DNA of 64,000 nucleotides from an uncultured Actinomycetes bacterium (GTDB taxonomy: Bacteria > Actinomycetota > Thermoleophilia > Gaiellales > JAICJC01): NCBI GenBank assembly GCA_963809325.1, contig CAWEIZ010000001.1:145961-209960 (forward strand). The letters are read 5' to 3'. Below, piece after piece: positions 54,443-62,941 of this stretch. The stretch's first letter is position 1; each line of letters begins with the position of its first letter. A program made the translations under genes and the position numbers. The notes under the pieces are model-generated. The model was not told the DNA's origin. It ran no database searches and worked only from the letters and a program-made list of their open reading frames with translations.

Positions 54443-56223
54443 CCCGCGGGCGCCTGGTCACGTTCGCCGCGCTCGTCGCGGCGCTGGCCTGGGCGCTCAT
54501 GACGGTCGGGGCGTACGTGCGGGTGTCGGACTCCGGGCTCGGCTGCCCCGACTGGCCCGCGTGCCACGGCCAGCTCGTCGCCGGCGGCCACCACGCGCTG
54601 ATCGAGCAGGTGCACCGCTGGATCGTGACCGTGCTCTCGGTGGCCCTCGTCGTCCTGGCGGCGCTCGTCTACCGCCTGCGCCGGGGCGAGCGGCGGGTGA
54701 CCACGGCGATGACGATCACGCTCGCGCTGCTCGCGCTGCAGGTCGTGCTGGGCGGGGTCACCGTCCTCCTGAACAACGTCTCGTGGACGGTGGTCATGCA
54801 CTACGGAGCCGCTGCGGCGCTCCTCGCCGCCGTCCTCCTCGTCGTCGTGCGGCTGGCGTTCCCCGAGGCGGACCCTCCGCCTCGCGACGCATACGTCCGC
54901 CTCGTCACGTGGCTGGCAGGCGTCACCTTCGGGCTCCTGCTGGTGGGGGCGACCGTCGCGACCACCGACTCCCACGAGTCGTGCGGCAAGAGCTTCCCGC
55001 TGTGCAAGGGCTCGGTCGCGCCGTCGATCGACCACCACGTCGTCATCCACATGACCCACCGCCTGTGGGCCGGCGTCGCGCTGGTCCTGGCGCTGTGGAC
55101 GTGGCGGCAGACGGGCCGGATGCGTCCGGGCGTGTGGCAGCTCGAGGCGGCGGCCCGCGGCATGGCGAGCCTCTTCCTCGCCCAGGCGGCGATCGGGGTC
55201 GCCGTCGTCGAGGCGGGCGAGAACGACGTGCTCGAGGTGCTCCACTCGTCGCTCGCCTCGCTCACGTGGCTGTCGGTCGCTACGCTCCTGTGGATGGCGC
55301 GGACGCTCCCGGCTCCCGAGCTCGTGCGGTCGAGCGACGCCGCTCCACGCAGCCAGTGGCGCACGTCCATCGCCGACTACCTCACCCTCGTGAAGCTGCG
55401 GATCATGCTGCTCATCCTGATCACGGCGTTCGGGGCGATGGCATTCGCAGCGGACGGGCTCCCCCGGGCCGGCCTGGCCGCGTGGACCCTGCTCGGCCTC
55501 GGCCTCTCGTCGGGCGGCGCGAGCGCGATCAACCACTACCTCGATCGCGACATCGACGCCCGCATGACGCGCACGGCCGGGCGGCCCGTCCCGAGCGGGA
55601 GGGTTGCGCCGGAGGCGGCGCTCGGCTTCGGAGCGGGCCTCGTGATCGCGTCGATGGCCGTGCTTGCCCTCAACGTCAACCTCGTCGCCGCGGCGCTCGC
55701 GCTCTCGGGCGCCTTCACCTACGTGGTCGTCTACACGTACTGGCTGAAGCGGCGGACGCCGCTCAACATCGTGATCGGCGGAGCGGCCGGCGCGGTGCCA
55801 CCGCTGGTCGGGTGGGCGGCGGTGACGGGCCACGTGGGGCTGCCGGCGGCGTTCATGTTCCTGATCATCTTCCTCTGGACGCCGCCCCACTTCTGGGCGC
55901 TCGCGATCCTGATGAAGCGCGAGTACGCGAACGCGGGCATCCCGATGCTTCCAGTCGTCCGCGGAGAGCGGGAGACGGCCCGCCAGATCCTGCTCTACAC
56001 CCTGCTCCTGGTCGGGATCTCGCTGCTCCCGTTCGCCGACCGCACGTTCGGGTGGGTCTACCTCACGGGCGCCGTCGTGCTGGGCGCCGAGTTCGTCCTC
56101 CTCGCCGTGCGGCTGCTGCGCGACACGTCGCCGCCGGCGGCGCGGCGGCTCTTCCTCTACTCGCTCGCCTACCTGGCGCTGCTCTTCTTCGTGATCGGGC
56201 TCGACCGCGCCCGGCTGACATAG
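54439..56223 (+). CDS. Fused heme A synthase (CtaA/COX15) - protoheme IX farnesyltransferase (CtaB/COX10)
   Basis: ORF 54307..56223 trimmed to GTG at 54439 (GTGA overlap with ctaD). N-terminal half has GLGCPDWPACHG and conserved His pairs. C-terminal half has the UbiA-type motif NHYLDRDIDARMTRTAGRP. The junction lies around 55330-55375. Confidence 0.85.
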   Translation: MTRGRLVTFAALVAALAWALMTVGAYVRVSDSGLGCPDWPACHGQLVAGGHHALIEQVHRWIVTVLSVALVVLAALVYRLRRGERRVTTAMTITLALLALQVVLGGVTVLLNNVSWTVVMHYGAAAALLAAVLLVVVRLAFPEADPPPRDAYVRLVTWLAGVTFGLLLVGATVATTDSHESCGKSFPLCKGSVAPSIDHHVVIHMTHRLWAGVALVLALWTWRQTGRMRPGVWQLEAAARGMASLFLAQAAIGVAVVEAGENDVLEVLHSSLASLTWLSVATLLWMARTLPAPELVRSSDAAPRSQWRTSIADYLTLVKLRIMLLILITAFGAMAFAADGLPRAGLAAWTLLGLGLSSGGASAINHYLDRDIDARMTRTAGRPVPSGRVAPEAALGFGAGLVIASMAVLALNVNLVAAALALSGAFTYVVVYTYWLKRRTPLNIVIGGAAGAVPPLVGWAAVTGHVGLPAAFMFLIIFLWTPPHFWALAILMKREYANAGIPMLPVVRGERETARQILLYTLLLVGISLLPFADRTFGWVYLTGAVVLGAEFVLLAVRLLRDTSPPAARRLFLYSLAYLALLFFVIGLDRARLT

Positions 56224-56234
56224 ACTTTCGACTC

Positions 56235-56351
56235 ATGCTCGACCGCGACACCGCCACCCGCAACCTGACTCTGGCCCTCAAGCTGGGGCTCGTGGCGGTC
56301 ACCCTCTTCGCCGGCACGCTCGTGATCGGGATCCTCGTCCGCTATGGCTGA
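56235..56351 (+). CDS. Tiny (38 aa) single-TM protein, oxidase-operon associated
   Basis: MLDRDTATRNLTLALKLGLVAVTLFAGTLVIGILVRYG. Its stop overlaps the next ATG (ATGGCTGA). Confidence 0.4.
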   Translation: MLDRDTATRNLTLALKLGLVAVTLFAGTLVIGILVRYG

Positions 56352-56550
56352 CCACGAGGACTTCCACCTGCCCGAGCCGTCGGGGCTCCCGATCGTCGTC
56401 TCGTTCGGGATCGCGCTCATGCTCTTCGGGTTCGTCCCCGACTCGCGCCTGTGGCGCCTCGCGCTGGTCTCGCTCGGCGCGACGATCGCGCTGGGCGCGG
56501 GCTGGCTGTGGCTGCGCGACTCGATGAACGAGTACCGCGAGCTCGACTGA
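56344..56550 (+). CDS. Small (68 aa) two-TM protein, possibly oxidase subunit IV-like
   Basis: ORF track. FHLPEPSGLPIVVSFG...WLWLRDSMNEY loosely resembles the C-terminal half of actinobacterial CtaF. Confidence 0.5.
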   Translation: MADHEDFHLPEPSGLPIVVSFGIALMLFGFVPDSRLWRLALVSLGATIALGAGWLWLRDSMNEYRELD

Positions 56551-56554
56551 GCGC

Positions 56555-56683
56555 GGGGACAGTCCCTGAACGCTTGCCGTGACGACGCCGCTCCGCGTTC
56601 GTGACACGCGGCGGACCGCGCCAGGCCGGTCAGTCACACCGTCGTCACGGACGTTCAACGCGAAAAGTTCAGGGACTGTCCCC
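56555..56683. repeat. REPIN-like element with GGGGACAGTCCC arms (variant of the GGGGTCAGACCCC family) and nested inner inverted repeats
   Basis: Arms are GGGGACAGTCCCTGAAC (56555-71) and GTTCAGGGACTGTCCCC (56667-83). Inner pair is CCGTGACGACG / CGTCGTCACGG. Confidence 0.75.
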
Positions 56684-56825
56684 ACCCGCTAGCGCTGGCG
56701 GGCCGTCCTCTGCGAGCAACGGCACGACGTGGTGCTGTACTCACGTCTGGCCACGGACTGAGCACGCCCGACCAGTCACAAACCACCGCCAATCGCCACG
56801 CGAGGGCGAAATGTCGGCCACACCG

Positions 56826-57000
56826 ACGCGCGGGGGTCAGACCCCGGTTCACGCCCGCGGAAAATCGTTGCAGCTCCGCAACACATGCACCCAACGCTGA
56901 TGGCGCCGGCGAAGACCACGCTCTTCGCCGGAGCGCGGCGAACACAACGCCAGCCCTTAAGGAGGGGGCTCACGGGGGAACCCTGGGTTCCCCCGTGCTA
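56826..57000 (-). repeat. Family-2 multi-palindrome repeat, copy B
   Basis: The rc begins TAGCACGGGGGAACCCAGGGTTCCCCCGTG...CCTTAAGG...GCTCCGGCGAAGAGCGTGGTCTTCGCCGG. It embeds one GGGGTCAGACCCC (56833-45). Its TAG is the stop of ctaE. Confidence 0.8.
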
Positions 57001-57609
57001 AAGGAGGTACACGACGGTGTAGAGCAGGATCCACACGACGTCGACGAAGTGCCAGTAGAGGCCCGTCACCTCGAGGCCGATGTGCTCGGCGCCGGAGTAG
57101 TGCCCCCGGCAGGCGCGGATGAAGGCGATGGCGAGAAGCGTCGCGCCCACCGCGACGTGCATCCCGTGCAGGCCGGTGAGCGAGAAGAAGCCCGAGGCGA
57201 ACGCGTTGTCCGACGGTGTGAAGCTCAGGTTCACGTACTCGTGGATCTGGAGGCTCAGGAACGTGAGCCCCATCGCAAGCGTGAGGAAGAGGCCGACGAT
57301 GAGCCCGAACCTCCGGTCGCGCTTGATCGAGACGAGCGCCCAGTGCATCGTGAACGACGACGAGATCAGGATGGCCGTGTTGATGCCCGTCGCCTCCACG
57401 GGGAGCTCGATGCCCGCCGGCGGCCACGTGGTCTGTGTGAAACGGATGTAGAAGAAGATCGTGAAGAACGACCCGAAGAGCATGATCTCCGAGCCGAGGA
57501 ACATGACCATGCCCAGGAAGACGGGCGAGCGCAGCAGGCTCTCGTGATAGGCGGAGACCTGCCCGCCGCCGGCGTGGTGGCCGTCGGCGGTGGCGGCGTG
57601 GGCGCTCAT
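56998..57609 (-). CDS. ctaE: Cytochrome c oxidase subunit III
   Basis: 203 aa. Five- to seven-helix pattern ending YWHFVDVVWILLY. Confidence 0.9.
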   Translation of the reverse strand: MSAHAATADGHHAGGGQVSAYHESLLRSPVFLGMVMFLGSEIMLFGSFFTIFFYIRFTQTTWPPAGIELPVEATGINTAILISSSFTMHWALVSIKRDRRFGLIVGLFLTLAMGLTFLSLQIHEYVNLSFTPSDNAFASGFFSLTGLHGMHVAVGATLLAIAFIRACRGHYSGAEHIGLEVTGLYWHFVDVVWILLYTVVYLL

Positions 57610-60014
57610 CGGCGCGGCATCTCCGGCGCGTCGGAGACCACGTGCTCGACCGGGAGCTTCGTCCCGTCGCGCAGCCGCTCGATGAGGTCACGGCGCAGCC
57701 AGCCGGAGCGGGTCTGCGGGAGCGTCCCGACAACGATCTCGGACGGCGGATCCTCGTCGACCACGTCCATGACCGCCGTGTACGGGTCACGCTCCACGAC
57801 GTAGCCGTTGGCCTCGATCCCGGCCCGCCGGAGCGCCGCGAGCATCCCGTCGAGCCGGGTCTGTGTCGCCGCACGCACCTCGGCCTCGTCGACCACCCAC
57901 GCGTCGGTCGGGTCGTTCTGCGGGCAGATGACCGTCACGCGCACGGGGTCGGTCGCCGCCCGGCTCCGGACCGCTGCGATCAGGCGATCTCCGGAAACTG
58001 TCTGGTTCGCAACGACCAGGATGTGCTTGAGCGAGCTCATGATCGCCTCTCTCTCCTCACGGCTGGCGACGGCCAGCGCAACCGGCACCGGCACCTCCTC
58101 GGGCTGCGGAGGCGCATGGACGGTGACGATGGCATGGCGGGCACCGGGAACGCCGTAGGCGTACGGGCTTCCGACGATCTGGGGCGGCTCGTCGAAGTTG
58201 AAGATCGGCGGCGGTGAGGTCACCTGCCACTCGAGCGTCAGCGCCCGCCACGGGTTGGCCGGCGCGGGCTCTCCCCGCCACCACGAGTGCGCCATGTTGT
58301 AGAGGAAGACGAGCGTCGAGGCCCCGAGGATGAACGCGAAGATCGAGATGACGAAGTTGAGCGTTCCGAACTGGGACGGGTAGTCGGCGATCCGCCGCTG
58401 CATGCCCTGGAGCCCGAGCCAGTGCATCGGCATGAAGGTGGCGTTGAACGCGACGAACGTGAGCCAGAAGTGGAGCTTCCCGAGCCCCTCGTCGTACATC
58501 TTCCCGGTCATCTTCGGGAACCAGTGGTAGATGCCGGCGTAGATCGTGAAGACGGAGCCGCCGAAGAGCACGTAGTGGATGTGCGCGACGACGAAGTACG
58601 TGTCCGACGTCGCGATGTCGACCGGGATCACGGCGAGGAAGATCCCCGACAGGCCGCCGACCACGAACGTCGCCAGGAACCCGCACGCGAACAGCATGGG
58701 CGTCGTCAGGTGGATCACGCCCCGCCACATCGTCGCGAGCCACGAGAACATCTTGATGCCCGTCGGGACGGCGATGGCCATGGTCGTGAACATCATCGGG
58801 ATGCGAAGCCACGGCGCCATGCCCGAGACGAACATGTGGTGGGCCCAGACCGTGAACCCCAGCACGCCGATCGCGACGGTCGAGATCGCAATCAGCTTGT
58901 AGCCGAAGATCGGCTTTCGCGAGTGGATCGCGATGACCTCGGAGATGATCCCGAACCCGGGCAGCATCATGATGTAGACCGCCGGGTGGGAGTAGAACCA
59001 GAAGATGTGCTGGTAGGCGATGGCGTTGCCGCCGTGCGTCGGGTCGTAGAAGTGGGTGTGCATGATCCGGTCGAACAGCACCTGGAACTGGGCGCCGGCG
59101 ATGAACGGCGTCCCCAGCACGACCAGGGTGGACGTCGCCAGGTTGGCCCAGACGAGGAGCGGCATCCGCCAGAATCCCATCCCGGGCGCCCGCATCGTCA
59201 CGATCGTGACCAGAAAGTTGACCGCCGTCGCGATCGACGACGCGCCGGCGAACTGGACGCCCATCACCCACATCGTCTGGCCGGCGGGACCGTGCACAGC
59301 CAGGGGTACGTAGTTCGTCCAGCCGGCGTCGAAGGGCCCCACCAGGAACGACGAGACCATGCACATGCCTGCGACCGGCAGCATCCAGAAGCTGAGCGCG
59401 TTCAGACGCGGAAACGCCATGTCCTGCGCGCCGATCATGATCGGGATCACGAAGTTGCCGAGGCCGGCGAACGCCGGGATGACGAACAGGAAGATCATGA
59501 GCGCCGCGTGCACCGAGAAGAGGCCGTTGAACGTGCCGGGCGCGAAGTACTGCTGGCCCGGCGTCGCGAGCTCGGCCCGCATGAGCTCGGCGAGCAGGCC
59601 GCCGATCATGAAGAAGATGAAGGTCGTCACCAGGTACTGGACGCCGATCACCTTGTGGTCGGTGTTGACCTTGAAGTAGTCCTTCCAGGTGTAGGCGCCG
59701 TGGTTGGAGTGGTCCTCGTGCGCCGGCGTCGGGCGGCCGATCAGGTAGCCCCACCAGTAGTCCCAGCAGCCGATGCCGATCGTGAAGCCGATGCCGGCGA
59801 AGAGCATCCCGAAGGTCTGCACGACGCCTTCGCTGTACGGGGTCCGGCCGGAGAGGTCGCGGATCCCCATGACGATGCCGGCGGCGGCGAGGCCCATGAA
59901 CGCGGCGACCCAGATCGCCCGCACCCAGCTCCCGCGCAGCCAGACGCTCCGCCGCGGCCCCTCGCCGCCGGCGTGGTGGACCGGTCCCGTCATCTCTTCG
60001 GCATGTGCAGCCAA
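57606..60014 (-). CDS. ctaD: Cytochrome c oxidase subunit I with ~105-aa two-TM N-terminal extension and ~145-aa C-terminal USP-like alpha/beta domain
   Basis: 802 aa uninterrupted. Core motifs FWFYSHPAVYIM and VWAHHMF. C-terminal KHILVVANQTVSGDRL...VTVICPQ...EIVVGT. Start is TTG at 60014 or ATG at 59993. Confidence 0.85.
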   Translation of the reverse strand: MAAHAEEMTGPVHHAGGEGPRRSVWLRGSWVRAIWVAAFMGLAAAGIVMGIRDLSGRTPYSEGVVQTFGMLFAGIGFTIGIGCWDYWWGYLIGRPTPAHEDHSNHGAYTWKDYFKVNTDHKVIGVQYLVTTFIFFMIGGLLAELMRAELATPGQQYFAPGTFNGLFSVHAALMIFLFVIPAFAGLGNFVIPIMIGAQDMAFPRLNALSFWMLPVAGMCMVSSFLVGPFDAGWTNYVPLAVHGPAGQTMWVMGVQFAGASSIATAVNFLVTIVTMRAPGMGFWRMPLLVWANLATSTLVVLGTPFIAGAQFQVLFDRIMHTHFYDPTHGGNAIAYQHIFWFYSHPAVYIMMLPGFGIISEVIAIHSRKPIFGYKLIAISTVAIGVLGFTVWAHHMFVSGMAPWLRIPMMFTTMAIAVPTGIKMFSWLATMWRGVIHLTTPMLFACGFLATFVVGGLSGIFLAVIPVDIATSDTYFVVAHIHYVLFGGSVFTIYAGIYHWFPKMTGKMYDEGLGKLHFWLTFVAFNATFMPMHWLGLQGMQRRIADYPSQFGTLNFVISIFAFILGASTLVFLYNMAHSWWRGEPAPANPWRALTLEWQVTSPPPIFNFDEPPQIVGSPYAYGVPGARHAIVTVHAPPQPEEVPVPVALAVASREEREAIMSSLKHILVVANQTVSGDRLIAAVRSRAATDPVRVTVICPQNDPTDAWVVDEAEVRAATQTRLDGMLAALRRAGIEANGYVVERDPYTAVMDVVDEDPPSEIVVGTLPQTRSGWLRRDLIERLRDGTKLPVEHVVSDAPEMPRR

Positions 60015-60015
60015 T

Positions 60016-61041
60016 TCAGCCCCCGCCTTCCAGGAGATACTTGACCAACGCGTCGATCTGGGCCGGCGACAGGCTCGTCCCGAAGTTCGAGGGCATGACG
60101 CCGGCCGGGTAGCCCGAGACGACGACCTTCCCCGGGTCGGCGATCGACTCCCGCACGTAGTCCTCCGGCGACTGGCCGGCGCCGTACTTTGCGGCGTCGG
60201 CCACCAGGTTGTCGAGGTCGGGGCCGATGGTGCCGCTCGCGTTGGCGGGCTTGAACGTGTGACAGCTCGCGCACGTCGACGAGAAGAGCGCCGCCGGGTC
60301 GGTGTTCCCGCCTCCGGCGGGCTGTGCGGCGGCCTTCTTCTGCTCGGCGATCCAGGCCGTGAAGTCGGCCGGGCTCAGCACGTGCAGCACCGTCCGCATC
60401 TGGCTGTGGCCGATGCCGCAGAGCTCAGCGCACGTCACCATGTAGGTGCCGAGCCGGTCGGGCGTCGCGATCATCTTCTGCGGCACGCCCGGCACCGCGT
60501 CCTGCTTCAGCCGGAACGCCGGGATGAAGAAGGAGTGGATCACGTCGTGCTCGACGGCCGTGATGCGGAACTCGACCTGGCGGCCGACCGGGAGCGCGAG
60601 GATCCCGGTGGTGAGCTTGCCGTAGCTGGGGTACGTGAACGTCCACGCGAACTGCTGAGCCTTGACGTCGACGATCAGCCGGTCCTTGGCGAGCGCCTCG
60701 TTCCGGCCCAGGGCTGCGGCGCCGTAGATGGCGAAGCCCAGCACGATGACGATCGGGATGACCGTCCAGACGATCTCGAGCCCCGTGTGCCCGTGGATGG
60801 GCGCGCCGTCGGAGTCGTCGCCCGGCTTGGCCCGGAACTTCACCATCATGTAGACCAGGAACACGATGACGAGCGCGAAGATGAACGAGCTCATCACCAG
60901 CAGCCAGAAGTAGAGCGTGTCCTGGCGGTCGGCCTGCACCGCCGCAGCGACCGGGAACCACGACGGCGTGAGCCATACGGCCAGCGACCCCAGCGCGCCG
61001 AGGACCACGGCGACGAATCCAACTCTCAGAAACGCTGACAC
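60016..61041 (-). CDS. ctaC: caa3-type cytochrome c oxidase subunit II fused to a cytochrome c domain
   Basis: 341 aa. Motifs HSFFIPAFRLKQD, CuA motif CAELCGIGHSQM and C-terminal heme-c motif CASCH. Confidence 0.9.
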   Translation of the reverse strand: MSAFLRVGFVAVVLGALGSLAVWLTPSWFPVAAAVQADRQDTLYFWLLVMSSFIFALVIVFLVYMMVKFRAKPGDDSDGAPIHGHTGLEIVWTVIPIVIVLGFAIYGAAALGRNEALAKDRLIVDVKAQQFAWTFTYPSYGKLTTGILALPVGRQVEFRITAVEHDVIHSFFIPAFRLKQDAVPGVPQKMIATPDRLGTYMVTCAELCGIGHSQMRTVLHVLSPADFTAWIAEQKKAAAQPAGGGNTDPAALFSSTCASCHTFKPANASGTIGPDLDNLVADAAKYGAGQSPEDYVRESIADPGKVVVSGYPAGVMPSNFGTSLSPAQIDALVKYLLEGGG

Positions 61042-61102
61042 CGCGGGGCATCTTATGCGGGTCGCGGGACGGGGGCAATGCCGGTGGAGCTACGCTGGAG
61101 AG

Positions 61103-61741
61103 GTGCAGTTCGTGCTCCTGCACATCCCGCACTTCCTGCCGGCCGTCGTGGGGCTCGGCTTCCTGGCGCGTTTCGGCGTGTACGCGATGCGGCTGCCCCC
61201 GGCCCACCTGTCCGACGAGGAGCTGGCGGAATGGCACCGCCAGAAACAGGCCGCCCAGGCGCCGCCGCGAGCCGTGGCGACCGCCACCGCCCGCCTCTCG
61301 ACCGCAGCGCTGCCGCTCCTGATCACGGGGCTCGTGACGGGGCTTCTGATCTACACCGTCGACCTGCGCGGTGACCGGCCGTCGGCGGCGATGGCGTGGA
61401 CGCACACGCTCACGTCGACGGCCGGCCTCGTCCTGATCGCGTTCAAGCTGCGGGCGCTCGAGCCGGGCCGCCTGCGGGAGGGGACGCGCCGCCGGAACGC
61501 GCTCACCGAGGGCATGTCCCTCCTGCTCCTGGCCACATCGGTGCCGCTGCTCCTGTCGGGCCTGCCGCTCATCTGGAACTCGTCGAGCACATCGCTCATC
61601 GCCCACATCCACCTGGTCATCGCCGCGGTCTGGATGGTCGTCTTCCAGATCCACGTGTTCCGCTACATCGGCCGCGCCCTTCGGGCCACGCAGGTCGGCA
61701 CCGGCGAGGGCGCGCCGCCGCCCGCCCGGCAAGCCGGGTAG
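61103..61741 (+). CDS. Membrane protein of unknown function (divergent from the caa3 operon)
   Basis: ORF 60917..61741 trimmed to GTG at 61103 (or 61112), after GGAGAGG. About 5 TM helices. Confidence 0.5.
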   Translation: MQFVLLHIPHFLPAVVGLGFLARFGVYAMRLPPAHLSDEELAEWHRQKQAAQAPPRAVATATARLSTAALPLLITGLVTGLLIYTVDLRGDRPSAAMAWTHTLTSTAGLVLIAFKLRALEPGRLREGTRRRNALTEGMSLLLLATSVPLLLSGLPLIWNSSSTSLIAHIHLVIAAVWMVVFQIHVFRYIGRALRATQVGTGEGAPPPARQAG

Positions 61742-62941
61742 TCAGGTCTCGAGGCGGAGGAGCGGCACCGAGACGGCCGCGACGCCCACCGTGGCAACCG
61801 CCGCGACCGCGAACACGTCCCCGGCCGACAGCACGGCCACAAGGGCGCTCGCGGCGACCGCGCCGATCGAGGCCGCCAGCAGCGCCGCCATCCGGCCGGT
61901 GATGCCCACCCGGGCCTGCTGGGCGGGCGCGGCGCGGGTCTGGCGCTCGCCGATCACGAGCGTGATGAAGAAGAGGCCGGTGATCTCGAGGCCGGCGAAC
62001 GCGACCGTGGCCGCGCCGAGCCCCGGGGCGAGCGCGAGGCCCACCGCAGCCGTCGCCGAGCCGAGGAGGCCGAGGCGAAGGGCAGCCGTTGCGCCCAGCC
62101 GGTGGCGGGCGAGCGGGGCGAGCGCCCCTCCCGCGAGCCCGGCCGCGCCGCCGACGGCCAGCATCCGGCCGGCGGCCGGCCCGCTGGCATGAAGCTCCGT
62201 GCGCAGGAAGACCACCATCAGGGCGTAGAAGACGTTCACCGTCAGGTTCCACGCCATGCTGATCGAGGTGAGCCGGCGCAGGGAGCGGTCGCGGGCGACC
62301 ACCTCGAGGCCCGACAGGACGCCGGCGCTCGGACCCGTATCGTGCTCCGGTCCGAGGTCGGACCGGATCGACGCGAGCAGCGCTGCGGCGACGGCGAAGC
62401 CGGCCGCCTCGACCCACAGCGCCTCGACCGCACCGACGAGGCCGATCAGCCCTCCGCCGAGCGCCGGGCCGATCAGGAACCCGAGCGACCAGACGAGCGA
62501 GAGGTTGGCCTGCCCCTCGACGAAGTGGGAATCGCCCACGAGCCGCGCGGTCGCGCCGAACGCCGCGGCGTCGACGAACACCCGGCCGGCGGTCACCCCC
62601 ATGCCGGCGGCGAAGATGAGCGCGACCGGCAGGTCGCTCGCGGCCGGCCCGAGGGCGACGATCGCCGGCAGCACCGCCGCAGCCAGCGCCTGGATCGCAG
62701 CCGCCCACACCATGATCGGCTTGCGCCGGCGGCGGTCGCCGAGCTCGCCCGCGTGGAGGCCGAGGGCGAGATACGGGATCGTCGCGATCAGGAACGCCGC
62801 TCCCGCGAGCGACCGCGAGCCGCCCGCGTCGAGCACGATCCAGGGCAGGACGACGAGGCTGAGCCCGCCCGCCATCGAGTCCATCAGCTGCGCGACCAGG
62901 AACCGGCGCCCGTCGCGCGACCGGAGAAGGACGCCCCTCAC
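61742..62941 (-). CDS. MFS transporter
   Basis: ORF 61742..63118 trimmed to GTG at 62941 (GTGA overlap with the upstream stop). 12-TM pattern. Confidence 0.7.
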   Translation of the reverse strand: MRGVLLRSRDGRRFLVAQLMDSMAGGLSLVVLPWIVLDAGGSRSLAGAAFLIATIPYLALGLHAGELGDRRRRKPIMVWAAAIQALAAAVLPAIVALGPAASDLPVALIFAAGMGVTAGRVFVDAAAFGATARLVGDSHFVEGQANLSLVWSLGFLIGPALGGGLIGLVGAVEALWVEAAGFAVAAALLASIRSDLGPEHDTGPSAGVLSGLEVVARDRSLRRLTSISMAWNLTVNVFYALMVVFLRTELHASGPAAGRMLAVGGAAGLAGGALAPLARHRLGATAALRLGLLGSATAAVGLALAPGLGAATVAFAGLEITGLFFITLVIGERQTRAAPAQQARVGITGRMAALLAASIGAVAASALVAVLSAGDVFAVAAVATVGVAAVSVPLLRLET

